A stretch of 64,000 nt of DNA from Nemertoderma westbladi (taxonomy: Eukaryota; Animalia; Xenacoelomorpha): assembly GCA_032718475.1 (NCBI GenBank), contig JAUCBJ010008068.1, forward strand, positions 1 through 64,000, in the 5' to 3' direction. Shown piece after piece: positions 1-12,199 of the stretch. Below the pieces are notes generated by a model, which saw nothing but the letters and a program-made list of their open reading frames with translations, did not search any database and was not told where the DNA came from. A program made the position numbers and the translations under genes. Positions within the stretch are counted from its first letter, which is position 1; each line of letters opens with the position of its first letter.

Positions 1-1900
1 CATAAAATTTGGCGTGCTAGATTTGACACCGATAATCCTTTTCAAATAACCTAGATGTACTCTTTCAATGTCTGTGGCTTTGTGGAATGCCCATATTTCA
101 GAACCATAACTAAGTACCGGTATAATTAAAGACTGAAATAGGTTATATCTAAGGTCAAACCCTATATATGGAAATTCTAACAAATACTTATTGAGAGAAA
201 ATAGGGCCTTGCTTCCCTTGTCGGCCAAAAGTTTTTGCGCTGGCGTGAATGAACCCATACATGACATCTTAATACCCAAGTAGGTGTAGTGTGGCACGGT
301 CTCTATATCATTCCCTTTGTATGTCCATTTTTCAGTTAACTGGAGCGTACCCCCTTTGCGGAAGACTACCACATTCGATTTTTTGAGGTTAACTTGCAAT
401 CCCCAATAGTCAGAGAAATCACCAAGAATGTCTAAAGAATGTTGCAGTTTATTCGCACTATCCGCAACTAGAACGATATCATCTGCATATAAGAGGATCA
501 ATAAATGAAAATATCCTATATCCAAACCACTGAAACCACCTTTCCCCAATTCAGCTTCCAGATCATTCATGAAAAATGAGAATAAAATTGGTGACAAACA
601 CTCGCCCTGAATAACTCCCATGTAAGAGTCAAATTCGTTTGATAAAAGGCCATTAGATTTAACACAAGATTTGACGTTAGAGTACATACTCTTAATTACC
701 TTAAATAGATTGCCGCTGAAACCCATGCAATCTAGTTTGAACCACAAATCCTCTCTGTTTATGGAATCAAAGGCCTTGGCGAAATCTATAAAGGCACAAT
801 AAAGTTTACCTTTCGTTCCACCAACACCAATGAAGTGATTAATAAGGCCACTCAGGGCGAAAATGTGGTCTGTTGTGCGGTATCCCTCCCTGAAACCTGC
901 CTGTGACTCTGTGATAATGTCCAGGCAGTCCGACGAAAAGCCTAACCTCTTGTTAATTAAACTAGTGAATAGCTTCGCAATACAGCTGATAAGGGAAATT
1001 CCTCGATAATTTTCTGGCAATTTAATGGACCCCTTATTTTTATAAATCGGTGAAATTACAGCCACTGCCCATGCTCTCGGAAAGTAACCAGATGACAGAA
1101 TAGAGTTAAATAGCACCGTAAAAACTGGCACCAGAGTTTCTTTGCCTTCAATTAAAAATTCATTAACAATTTGGTCCACACCGGGTGCTTTACCTCGTTT
1201 GAGCCCATTAACTCCCAAAAAAACTTCTTCCTCTGTAAATGGCTGTGATAACTCGTTTTCGAACATTTGCTTACTTTCCGCAAAATTTGCTGATCCTGGT
1301 GGTTTTACACCAGTATTAATAAACTCATTGTTCTGCGAATACAGTTTATTATAATAATTTTGGAAGTCAGTAATGCTAGGTCCAAGGGCAGTGCTCCCAC
1401 CGTGTCCATTATTTTGGTTACCGCTCGCGGATGCGAGAAGCTTCCAGAACTTTTTTGAGTCAGCTACTTTAACGGATTCCAATTTAGTTGATTTTGATCG
1501 CTTATAAACTGTTTTTGCTTTTCTCAAGCACCTACTGTAGGCTGAGCGAGCCAGAGAAAGTACTCTATGTGTCTCAGGTGTTGGATTGTTTTTCCAACCA
1601 TTTAACGTAGTGCGAAAAGTTTGACGGTATTGAAAGCATTCGTCTGTATACCAGGGAAAAGAATTATGCAAAGCCCCACGGTCCTCCATACTTTGACATT
1701 TACTTGGTTTGAAATAGCGGTCTGCCACTTTAGAAATGCAGTCTGTTATTTCAGCTGTTGCGCTATCAATAGATTCTTGGCTATACTCACCCTCGCATAG
1801 GTTGTTGCAAATATCATTCATTTCAGTCTGAAAATTAGCTGAATCTAGGTCGTTAACAAATTTGTACGACAATTTTTCATTCCATACATATGTCTTCACT
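1..1900 (-). mobile_element. Non-LTR retrotransposon (LINE, CR1/L2-group-like) ORF2, 5'-truncated, RT domain, runs off the window start
   Basis: Manual minus-strand translation gives APGVD, YRGISL, QAGFR, FIDFAKAFD, QGECLSP, LLYADD (about 478-495), YTYLG and YGSEIWAF. The RT part read by hand showed no stop. Confidence 0.9.
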
Positions 1901-2944
1901 TTAAGTAAACTCCAATTATGAAGATAACACTGTTTCAAACAAAACCCAGTAACCACATCATTCGATCAAATTTCACAGAATACCATTACAAAACACAACA
2001 AACACTCATGATGGCTGGCTACTTTCAGACCCTCATCTCATTCAGACCTACGCCTCATTCGGAACTTCGACCTACCTTGTGACACATAGTAAGTCCAAAT
2101 AAGGGAACCTGGGTCATGTCTGTCACCTTACTTGTCCTGATATACAGTCAGAAAGAAATGCTGTGGATAATAGGGCAAGGTTAAAGGCATGTACTTTACA
2201 AACTCATCATAGGATTCTATCATCATAATGTATCTCATATCTATGCCAATTCGTTTATGCTCTGAAGTCGACTACAGTGAGGTCTCCAACAATGTCCATG
2301 TGTTATTGACTTGTAATATTAAGTGGAGATTTCACAACCTTTCACTCTTCCACTCCATTTCCTATCCTAAATGCAATGTAAACCCTCCGGTAGCTACTGC
2401 TGCCAATTGCATGCACAACCACAGAACATGTATATTTTATATTATTATTAATTAAATTTTAATATTAGGTATATGGCTTTGTATTTTATATTATAAAATA
2501 TTTATTTTATTATATTTAATATATAATGTAATTAAATGGCAGTATATGGCATGCTTGGGGAACATGATTAAAAATAACATTGTAATATAAGTACAAAAGA
2601 TAAAAAATAATATGTAATATAATAATCATAATGATAATTAATAATATTTTATAGGGACTATAAATGAGATAGTATCAATATATATAAAAATATAAATTTT
2701 AACCCAGGAAGGCCCAAGCCTAGAAAAAACCTGTTCCAAACAGTCTCATTTGGGATATTACCCCAAAATGGCATAATTAAGATATATTATAACCAATATT
2801 TCGAAATGTTAAGCCATTCTGGAATTAAAGGGGAGACCGCAAATGCGGTCCGTGGGCACTGCATGGAAAAACATGGTATATATTATATTGCAACTATAAT
2901 ATTATTATATTACCATAATAATACGGGAAATACATATGCAATTC

Positions 2945-3450
2945 ATTAATTATATTAATTAACTAATGGTATTAATTAATTAACTAATTTCATTAATTAA
3001 TTAACTAATTTAATTAATTAATTAACTAATTTAATTTATTAATTAACTAATTTAATTAATTAATTAACTAATTTAATTAATTAATTAACTAATTTAATTA
3101 ATTAATTAACTAATTTAATTAATTAATTAACTAATTTAATTAATTAATTAACTAATTTAATTAATTAATTAACTAATTTAATTAATTAATTAACTAATTT
3201 AATTAATTAATTAACTAATTTAATTAATTAATTAACTAATTTAATTAATTAATTAACTAATTTAATTAATTAATTAACTAATTTAATTAATTAATTAACT
3301 AATTTAATTAATTAATTAACTAATTTAATTAATTAATTAACTAATTTAATTAATTAATTAACTAATTTAATTAATTAATTAACTAATTTAATTAATTAAT
3401 TAACTAATTTAATTAATGAATTAACTAATTTAATTAATGAATTAACTAAT
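2945..3450. repeat. 21-bp AT-rich minisatellite (CTAATTTAATTAATTAATTAA)n, about 24 copies
   Basis: The single C per unit recurs every 21 bp (e.g. 3068, 3089, 3110). Confidence 0.95.
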
Positions 3451-3712
3451 TAAAAGAAACAACAAGTCTAGCCGCAGCTATTTCATCCAGGCGCGAACGT
3501 ATCTTGGAACCTTTAGAAAAGTATTTTCTCCAATGTAACGTTTTTTTAACTTTGGCATTCTTTTTTGCCCTTTTCCAACTAGTTGAAGCGTTATTTGTAG
3601 GCCGACCACGTTTGGGTTTGGTTTTGGTAGCCGCTGTGTCAACATTGGGGCGTTTACGTTTACGTTTGCGTTCAATATTATTAATTTTTGACATTAAACT
3701 ACTATTTATTAC

Positions 3713-3850
3713 CTGTGCAATTATCAACCCCATCTCCAGAGTACATCTCATTACAAGTGCAGTAATAGCTTCCAGGAGTATTGGTGCAGTATGCATCTTC
3801 ATGACAGGGATCACATTCAATCCCGCATTCAAACATGCATTCATCAATAT
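3713..3850 (-). CDS. Exon 11 in window: calcium-binding EGF domain with two extra Cys (DIDECMFECGIECDPCHEDAYCTNTPGSYYCTCNEMYSGDGVDNCT)
   Basis: tttcag acceptor and G|gtaata donor, 138 nt, phase 1-1, open frame, cbEGF consensus D-I-D-E-C ... C-x-N-x-x-G-S-Y-x-C-x-C. Confidence 0.9.
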
Positions 3851-4079
3851 CTGAAACAGGGAATTAGAATATGAATAGGTATATATATATATATAAGAGT
3901 ACATTATATAATAATTTATCAATAATTTTTCAATGCTTACCCCCTTGGTCCTGGGTTATGAACCCATTTACTCGTCTACATGGGTATATGGCATGACCAG
4001 GCAGAAGGTAATCTACGAATGGCTGTCAGGAGTAGAGTGTTCTCATCTCCTATTTGAGTGCATTCCACTTCGACCCGCA

Positions 4080-5980
4080 CCTGGCAAGAGTCCATGCTGG
4101 GCTCTAACTGCTGAGGACACCAAATCTCTGGATGGCACATTCACAAGAATGCTACGCCGGATTCATTGTGTCAAGTACAATGCACACATCTCCAACCAGA
4201 CACTATATAACATTGGAGGTGACTCATTGGTTCCCCCAAGCTTGACACTAGAACAAAATCGCCTCCGCTTTGCAGGACATTGCTTTCGCCGTGAGGATCA
4301 GCCAGTGCATAATCTTGTACTTGGGCAGCCTCATGGAGTGAATAAGCATGGTGGACAGCCCATGACTTTCTTGAGATGCATCGTAAAGGACACTGGCCTT
4401 GAAGATGCGGATGATCTAGCAAATGTCATGGGTGATAGGGAGTTGTGGCGGTGCAATTTTGTTGACAAGCCGGCACAGCATTCTTAAAAATGCAGCTGCA
4501 ATGCAGCATGCCGATCCTAGTAGTGGCACCAGAGGTACAAGGCATGGTATAGCCAATGGTACTCCATGTGCTTTAGAGTAGGTATGAGTGATGGGCCCCC
4601 ATATCTGATTCAATTGCAACACCCACTCTATGGAATGGTAAACCAGGGTACGGTATTTGCCCCAAGAGCTGATTTGCCAAAAAATATACCACCCAACCCA
4701 CTATGGATTGTATTAGTAAGGCGAAGGTCCGGCCACCAGAGGCCAGAGGAATTACCAGAAACAATTGGCCTCATAGGTGTCAGTTATCGCCTGACTGGCT
4801 CCCTGTCTTACCCCTAGTTGAGAGAGAGTGGCTAACAATTATGTGAGTCCCTTTCCTGGTGACCTTTCTGGACCAAATTATCCATCCTCAAAGCCAATCC
4901 ATCCTACCAAATCCTGGAAAGCCTATTCAAGGCTGCCCATGCCTTTCCCTTACGTATTCGAAGGTCCTCACCTGACTTCCGGATCCATGATCCCAGGTAA
5001 CAGAAGCCATCCACATGCTCAAGCATACCATCTTTTGAGCTTATGCTCATCCGATCAGAGACTTGCTGAGGACTTTCAAAGTTAACTGTCAAAATGTTGG
5101 TCTTTCTGGAGTTAATAAAAAGACCAACACTAGAAGCAGCATGTTCTAATGAGCTGAGGAGCCGTTGGGCTCCCTCTGAGAGTCAGTTAGGTACTTGGCA
5201 GGATTTACTCGACTTCTGGAGCCAGTAGGTGGAGTCAGTAGGTTGAATCCAACTGCAAATGCTGCACGTGACAAAATATACCAGATCACCAACAGCATCC
5301 TCCATTACCACTTCTCCTGGTATGGAAGCCTGACAAAGAAGTTTCCTAAGATGGTTCTGATTGTATGCTATTAACCACTAGTGTCGCCCCAGTAGAGGAG
5401 GTTGTACATTTCTACCAGAATCTACAAGCAGCTACAGATGGAGTGGATCAAGACGCATTCTAATCGTTAATGGGTGACTTAAATGCAAATATCCATTGCT
5501 GCTAAACATCGCCATTGGTCAACAGCAACATTAGCCAAATGCAGTCCATCTTCCGGATTTCATATCTGGAAATGGATTGTTTTTTGGACAGAGTTAAAGA
5601 AGCAGACTGGAAAGCTGTGGACTTATTTGTGGACTTATATTTGGCAGTGGTCATGAGTCCCAGATAGACCTTATTTCCTTTCATATGAAATACAGGAACT
5701 CTGTACAAGACTGTACAAGGATTTACTCTTCACAAGTGATCATCATCTTATTGTAGCCAAATTTAGACTTAGCCTCCGCACTAGCAGAGATAAGAAATAT
5801 TTCTTGCCACGGCATGATTGGTCCTCTCTGTTGCAATACCCAGCTTCACACTACATCTGAGCAACTGGTATGAGACTCTTGCATCTGAGGCGATAGATCA
5901 ATGCGAGGGATATACAATATACATACAGCCTTTTCAGAAGCAGATAAGGCAGCAGCTGCATAAATGGGTTCCTGTATACC
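4080..5980. mobile_element. Degenerate RTE-clade LINE fragments: 3' end on + (4080-4487), RT C-terminal part on - (about 4600-5300), endonuclease region on + (about 5350-5980)
   Basis: LDGTFTRMLRR...RLRFAGHCFR on +; FCYLGSWI...KGKAWAALNRLSRIW on -; MGDLNA and SDHHLIVAK on +. Multiple stops and frameshifts. Confidence 0.8.
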
Positions 5981-7634
5981 CAGGGACGGATTAAGGGGGA
6001 GGGGGGGGGGGGGGGGGGCAACGGGGGCAGCTGCCAGGGGGTCGTAAGTTGGAAGAAATTTACCGAACATTTTCTCACTGATAAAACAACCTAATTTATT
6101 TATTAATTTCTGGCTGTTCAATATATATTGAGAGTATATCTCACATATAGCACCATTCATAGCACAGTGTCCCATAGAATGTTTAAAGTTTTTAAGAAAT
6201 TATTTAGCAAAAGGGTAGATATAAAATAATAGCAAATTATTACTGTATTTATTATTACAATTAACATTTAATTTACTTTTCAATTAGATTTATCTGAAAT
6301 CATTCACGAGTTCAGTAGTAGTCATAAGGCTGTGAAATTGCTTTTCATTCCTTTGCCAAAAAACCAGTTAAGCCCCACTGTGAGTCATAAGGCAATGAAA
6401 TTTGCTTGCTTTTTATTAAGCAATTGTATCTAATTTATTGAGTTACCAATATATTTTCAAAATTATATCCCAATCAAAGTCACACATTATTTCTCAGTAT
6501 GTCACTAGTCACTACCCAACGCGTGTACACACTGTCAGTATGCCAGTCGTACCTAAATATAGAATTGATGTCTTTTGGATGGTGTAATTTTAGGAAAAAA
6601 TAAATATTATTTAAATAATAAAGGACTATTATTCGATAAAAATAAACGTAAGCGGAAATCAACGCCTTTTTTCACCGATTTTCAATTTAGCAAAATTCAA
6701 CAATTCTGTCCATAGTGTTTTCCGCTACGTTATTCTATCAAATATATTGTTTTATTTGAAAAAAATATCACCAGTTCAGATCATCACTAAATATATATAC
6801 AAATTAACTGGGCAAATAAATAATTGAATAACTTTTTATTTTTATTTATTATATAACTTAAATAATATTTACCTCAAAACAAACTAAACACGCACTAATC
6901 TGAGACAGGGGTGGGGGGGGGGGGGGGCTGGACGCAAAACCCGCCTTGCCGAATTACTATCCCGCCTCAATGTTAAATTCTCAATTTAGGGAAAGGAACA
7001 GGTTACAGTGGCACGTTATTTTAACCAAAACAATAAACTAAGCACAATAGAACAGGTTACAGTTTTATTTTTGAGAATATTCAGCGGTTATTTGCGTCGA
7101 ATTTCCCCTGGAGAGGGATGAATTTTTATTGCGTCCAGTTTCCCCCCCTATCTGACTAATCGACAGAGAAAACAAGCGCAATGCACGCTGTTTTGTTTCC
7201 TCCGCTCTGCCCTCCCCTCCCCTTCCCTTTTACAGTCCCACTCCTCCCAATTGACCAATGTCAGGAGTTGACAGTACTAGCACCCACTATTGTCAACTCC
7301 TGTCAGTGCACTTAAAATTATAGAAAAAAACAGAACTCAAAAATTTACTAAAATTATGTTAAAATTAATATTAATAATAATTACATTTTACAATCAGAAT
7401 TGTATATGTGCTTGGACCAATTGAAGTAAAATAAATAATAATCTAATAACCAACCTAGACTATACAATCCACAACCACACCAACAATAACTAACCAGCGT
7501 TATTTTTTTTTTACCAACGGAGTCCAATATTTTTTGCAATTGGTTTTCGTGGGGGTGGGGGGCGGGGGGGGGGGGGCTAGGGGCCCGTAAGTTGCGATTG
7601 CCGGGGGCTTCCGAAAAGCCATAATCCGTCCCTG
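5981..7634. mobile_element. Non-autonomous hAT-like DNA transposon inserted into the RTE relic
   Basis: 13-bp TIRs CAGGGACGGATTA ... TAATCCGTCCCTG. 8-bp TSD TGTATACC (5973-5980) / TGTACACC (7635-7642) with one mismatch. No transposase ORF. Confidence 0.85.
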
Positions 7635-7642
7635 TGTACACC

Positions 7643-8130
7643 CTCGAAACATCAGAAAGGGCACCCTGGACAGACCACAGAATTAGGAAGTGCAGGAGTG
7701 ATCTCAGAAAGACACAGAAAGACTTAAGACTCATTACTTCTTGATCCCAGAATAGACAATATTCTGATAACCTACAGGAGCTTATAAATAAGCAGGTTGA
7801 TATCATCAATGATGCCGATGACAGCAGGCTATCAGCCCAGGCATGGGAATTGAACACCTTGCTGACTGGGTGGAAACCAACCATCGAGGTAAGGCTGAAT
7901 CTACAGCTCTACGCCTCAATGGCTGGAAGGCCCACTTAGAAAAGCTCTTAAATAATGACAGGGTATTGCCTGATAACTTTGTGGAACAAAAAGGGTTTGA
8001 GTCTGTATTCTCGAGGATGTTGCTATTGGTGATATGTCCTTTCCTGAAGTCAAGGTTGCTGCAAAGAGCATTGAGACCATTCGTGTCTGCGGAGTAGATG
8101 GTGACCACCTCCCGCTCCCCTGAGGTCTTT
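7643..8130 (+). mobile_element. Continuation of the RTE-like LINE relic (EN-RT linker) after the hAT insertion
   Basis: PWTDHRI..., RLNGWKAHLEKLLN and a degenerate CGVDG..P.EVFK motif, collinear with the EN part before 5981. Confidence 0.65.
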
Positions 8131-8308
8131 AAAATAACTTTTGAATTAGTAGTTTAATTAATATAGAAGATATTAAAGCTTAGTTTGTTAATATTATTAC
8201 AAACGTAATTGCTGATCTGGAATAATTAATGGATTTACTAAATCAAAAAATGTATAGATGTGCTAAGAAGCTGCATTTAGGGTATGCAAAACCCAACTAC
8301 ATTATTAC

Positions 8309-8431
8309 CTGTACAGTTTAATCCGTCCCCTGTAAATCCTGGAGGGCAATCGCAAGTGAAGCTTCCGATCGTGTTTGTACAGGTCCCGTACATGTGGCAA
8401 TTATGTGTGTCCATGATGCATTCGTTGACAT
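8309..8431 (-). CDS. Exon 10: canonical cbEGF (DVNECIMDTHNCHMYGTCTNTIGSFTCDCPPGFTGDGLNCT)
   Basis: ctatag acceptor, G|gtaata donor, 123 nt, phase 1-1. Contained in track ORF 8277..8465. Confidence 0.95.
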
Positions 8432-8733
8432 CTATAGTATAATAGTCAATATTAGTCATCAACATTGATGGTCAAGAGATCCTTGATTATTTGTCAAGTA
8501 TCCAGTCAAGAATTGATCATATATCATTGGTTATAATTTAATGCAACTAGATTAAACTACCATGATAGCAAACTCCCACATACATCGAAACTTATAAATA
8601 AAATATATATTGCATTAAAGTGTCATTTTAGAAACACATTTTCTCCATGAGTGGAGAAAACATTATATATATATTTTACATATATATATTATACTTTACA
8701 TTATATATATAGAGAGAGATACTATATACCTAC

Positions 8734-8874
8734 CTGTGCAGTTCATAGCATGGCCATCTCCTTGATAATCCCCCTCAAATGCATATCCTTCATTGCAACT
8801 ACAGTTATAGCTTCCGTGGGTATTGTCACAGTTGTGTTCGCAATCATGTAAATTTTCCATACATTCATCCATAT
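8734..8874 (-). CDS. Exon 9: long-loop cbEGF type B'' (DMDECMENLHDCEHNCDNTHGSYNCSCNEGYAFEGDYQGDGHAMNCT)
   Basis: gtttag acceptor, G|gtaggt donor, 141 nt, phase 1-1, open frame, 6 Cys. Confidence 0.93.
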
Positions 8875-9009
8875 CTAAACAATGTACATGATTATAACAT
8901 TATAATATGCGAAGAATATAGGCAAGAAGAGGGCATCAAATTCCATCAATATTGCATGTTTAATTATAAATATCTATTAATTTTGACCATATGTCTTATA
9001 AGACTATAG

Positions 9010-9400
9010 CTTGCAGTCATTGCCTTTTACTTTCACCAACATCATCACACCCTGGGGAATGCTCCACAAGCAACAATGTGTAGGAAGGATCAGACACAGT
9101 GCTGTTATGCGGATGACTCTGGATTGGCAGATTGGTGGACGTTTGTGGTGGGAGAAGCTTATGGCATTGGGCCCTTTAATTGGGTATTTTCCCAAGCCCA
9201 CAAAGTCCTTCCTGGTCATTAAGCCTGGCTGTGAAGACGAGGTCCAGGAGGTATTCAATGGAACTGGAATTCAGATTGCTACAGGCCACAGATTCTTGGG
9301 AGGATTTATAGAAAAAGAAACTGGAGAACAGCATTTGTGCAAGAGAAGGTGGTGGGATGGAAAGGGAGTATCCACAATCAGCACATACTGCCCTCTCACT
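9010..9400 (+). mobile_element. Reverse transcriptase relic, probably a CRE-like non-LTR element
   Basis: YADDS at about 9106, then after a frameshift WW..L...GP..GYFPKPTKSFLVIK ... GHRFLGGFI. Clade call is from motif recall only. Confidence 0.6.
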
Positions 9401-9904
9401 CTGCATCCAATCAGAGTGGGACTATCTGTTAAGAGTATTCCCTACAACCAATGACGAGTTCACCCCGATCCGTACTGCGCTCAACTATGATTATATACCT
9501 GCACTTTTTGGTATTATTCCAGTATAGTCAGATCGTTTACCGCGTCAGCCTGTACCGGGGCAGGTACTGTAGGCATACTAATTCTACATGGTACTGTGGT
9601 AAGCTACCGGTACCGTTTCAGCGAAATTGGATCAGAAAATTGGATAGCAGAAAATTGGATCCCATAAATATAATTTAAATTTTCGAGTCAGGATATTGAT
9701 TAGGACATTTGAGACCCACACATTTATTTATTTTTAAAATAATTTGGAAAATATGATAATATAAAATAATAATATTTATTTATATAATCATCCGTGTCTT
9801 CAACTCCATCCATAGTCAGCAATAATTGGCATTGAATCAAGTTCTAGATCTCTATTTATCAGTATACTTTCTGACCATTGCTGGTTAGGCGTCTTATGGA
9901 AAAA

Positions 9905-10075
9905 CTGAAAATGTAATAAAATATTCCGAGATTTCGGCCGAAATATCGGCCGAAAATGTCATCAAATGGAAGAGCTGAAAAAATGTAATAAAATATTTCG
10001 GCCGAAAATGTCATAAAATGGAAGAGCTGAAAAAATGTAATAAAATATTTCGGCCGAAATTTCGGCCGAAAATAT
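9905..10075. repeat. Short degenerate tandem repeat (about 52 bp) rich in TTTCGGCCGAAA palindromes
   Basis: AAAATGTAATAAAATATT...CGGCCGAAA occurs three times. Confidence 0.7.
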
Positions 10076-10311
10076 GTTTTTTAATCCTCTAATATTCTTT
10101 TTAAAACCTCTAATATTATTGCTGACCTTTTGGCGTTAACGGCGCCTCATACCGTTTGGGTTTTTGACCCAGTGGAACGATTTTTACACTGGGAGAAGGA
10201 ACTACAAGTTTCTTGCGGTGGGTGAAGCCCAATAGAAGCTGAATTTCACAACAGGATGCTCCTTCTTAGCAAAGGGGTACACCACACACCAATCGGTATG
10301 CATTTCACATT

Positions 10312-11777
10312 CATTAACCAGATTTCTCACATCTATAATAAACACTCGTGTTCGATGGTACATAGCACACAAAATTCAGTCGGAACAATATGGTTTTATG
10401 CCTAATAAGTCTACGGCCGATGCCCTACGTATACTGATAAACGACATTTACTCTGCTTTACAATCGGCAAATAAATCAGATCGAAAAATGAATGCAGCAT
10501 TTGTAGATTTTCAGAAAGCCTTCGATAAAGTGAACCGTGCAATTCTTTTATCAAAGTTGTACAAATTTGGAATTAATTAAAAATCTACTCCAAAACAATA
10601 TTAGAATATTCGACGGTCTAAATCTCTCAGATATTATTGCGCAGTTCCGTGGAGTTTTGCAGGGAGACTGTTTTTCCCCGCTATGTTTTATTGTAATTAT
10701 ATCCGACTTGGCGTGGGCTTTCCGACAGATGGTATCTTTCCTAAAGTTCCTGTTTTACGCCGACGACCTCGTATTATACGCCTCGGACAGACAGACTATT
10801 CAAAATTGCTTGGACGTACTTCAATCATGGTGTCTCAAAAATGGAATGGACGTCAACTTAGTGAAAACTAAAATTGTAAAATTTAGAAAGGCAGGACGTT
10901 TGGCCGCTGCAGACAAATTTATATATGGCGGCAACGACATAACAATATGTAATGAATACGACTACCTGGGTGTTACACTACAGACCTCGCTAAGTTTCAC
11001 GAAACATATTACCTCAAAAAAGAAAAAATCGTATAGTATTACGGGCTCTCTTAACAACCTCAGGCTTTTATCTGTTGACACTGGATTAAAACTTTTCAGA
11101 ATGAAAATTGCCCCTATGGCTCTCTATGCCCTTCCTGTCTTCGCCCGCTTCCTAACCCTAGCAAACCTGAAAGATCTGGACCGCATCAAATCAACTTACA
11201 TTAAACGGTTGCTCGGCCTTCATATCACGGCTTCATCGACTCTAGCTTTTCATCTCGTTGATGAACAATCTTTTATCGAAGACATAATTACGAAAACACC
11301 TCTGATATTTAACAATGAAGTTATTACGCAATACAATCATTACCGCCACAACCGTGAACTCAACTTTATCCAAGAAAATTACTCAAATGGCCCTGCTTTT
11401 GCTTCTTCTACCTGGAAACTATCTAAACAGCGCAATCGTCACGTATTAACAAGATTTACATCTCACGGTTTTCACCACAAAATTTGCCAAACAAACCGGC
11501 CTTTCCACTCACTTTCAACAGACTGTATCTGCCTCTATTGCCATGGCAACTGTTGTGATCGCTACCACGCTTTGCACTGTGCATCTGCACCGACTCTGAC
11601 CGAACTAGCCTCTAAATAAAACTCGGAACCTTTACTTTGCACTATGCTCCTTTAAATTTAAATTTAATATTGTGGTGGCGGTTTGTGTGTGTATTATTAA
11701 TTATAATAGTTAATTCATAATTATTGTGCTCTAAACTATATTACCTTGATTAAAGGTGTAGTTAAACAAAAAAAAAA
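10312..11777 (+). mobile_element. 5'-truncated LINE (RT to 3' end) with A-rich tail; frameshift near 10575
   Basis: QYGFMP, FVDFQKAFD, QGDCFSP, FYADD, YDYLG, C-terminal HGFHHKIC...CICLYC...H...C; A-run at about 11764-11777. Confidence 0.9.
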
Positions 11778-12199
11778 GTGGGAATGGTGCATAGGAAAAC
11801 ACTTTAGTTTAGTTTGTATGTGGCATCAGTGCATATATTATAGTCTAGGAGCCATTTGGCGAAACTTTGAAATCTCTTGCAGGTAAAAAGAAGGCGAAAG
11901 GAATGAGCATTCTCATCAATTGAATGGGTGATTAGTAACTCATCTTCTAAAACTAGTCATATTTTAGTGATGTTTGACTTTTCATAGCAATTGTGGGCTA
12001 GATCACAAAAGTTACTCCTTATAGCGATATAAGAAATTATACACAGCTGCATCTTATGGACATATAACCCATTCTCCTCCAATATATATATATTTGTATA
12101 CATATATATATGTTTTATATATATATATATATTTGTATATTACACCAAGAAGGTATTAGTTTGCCACAATTACATACAATAATAAATCAATAATTAATT

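Noticed and set aside
2160-2430. Possible further exon downstream of the last EGF
   Set aside because: No open, splice-site-bounded frame with a recognisable domain found by hand.
3446-3922. 158-aa basic ORF with an AT-hook-like KRGRP
   Set aside because: It overlaps the EGF exon in the wrong frame and runs into low-complexity intron sequence.
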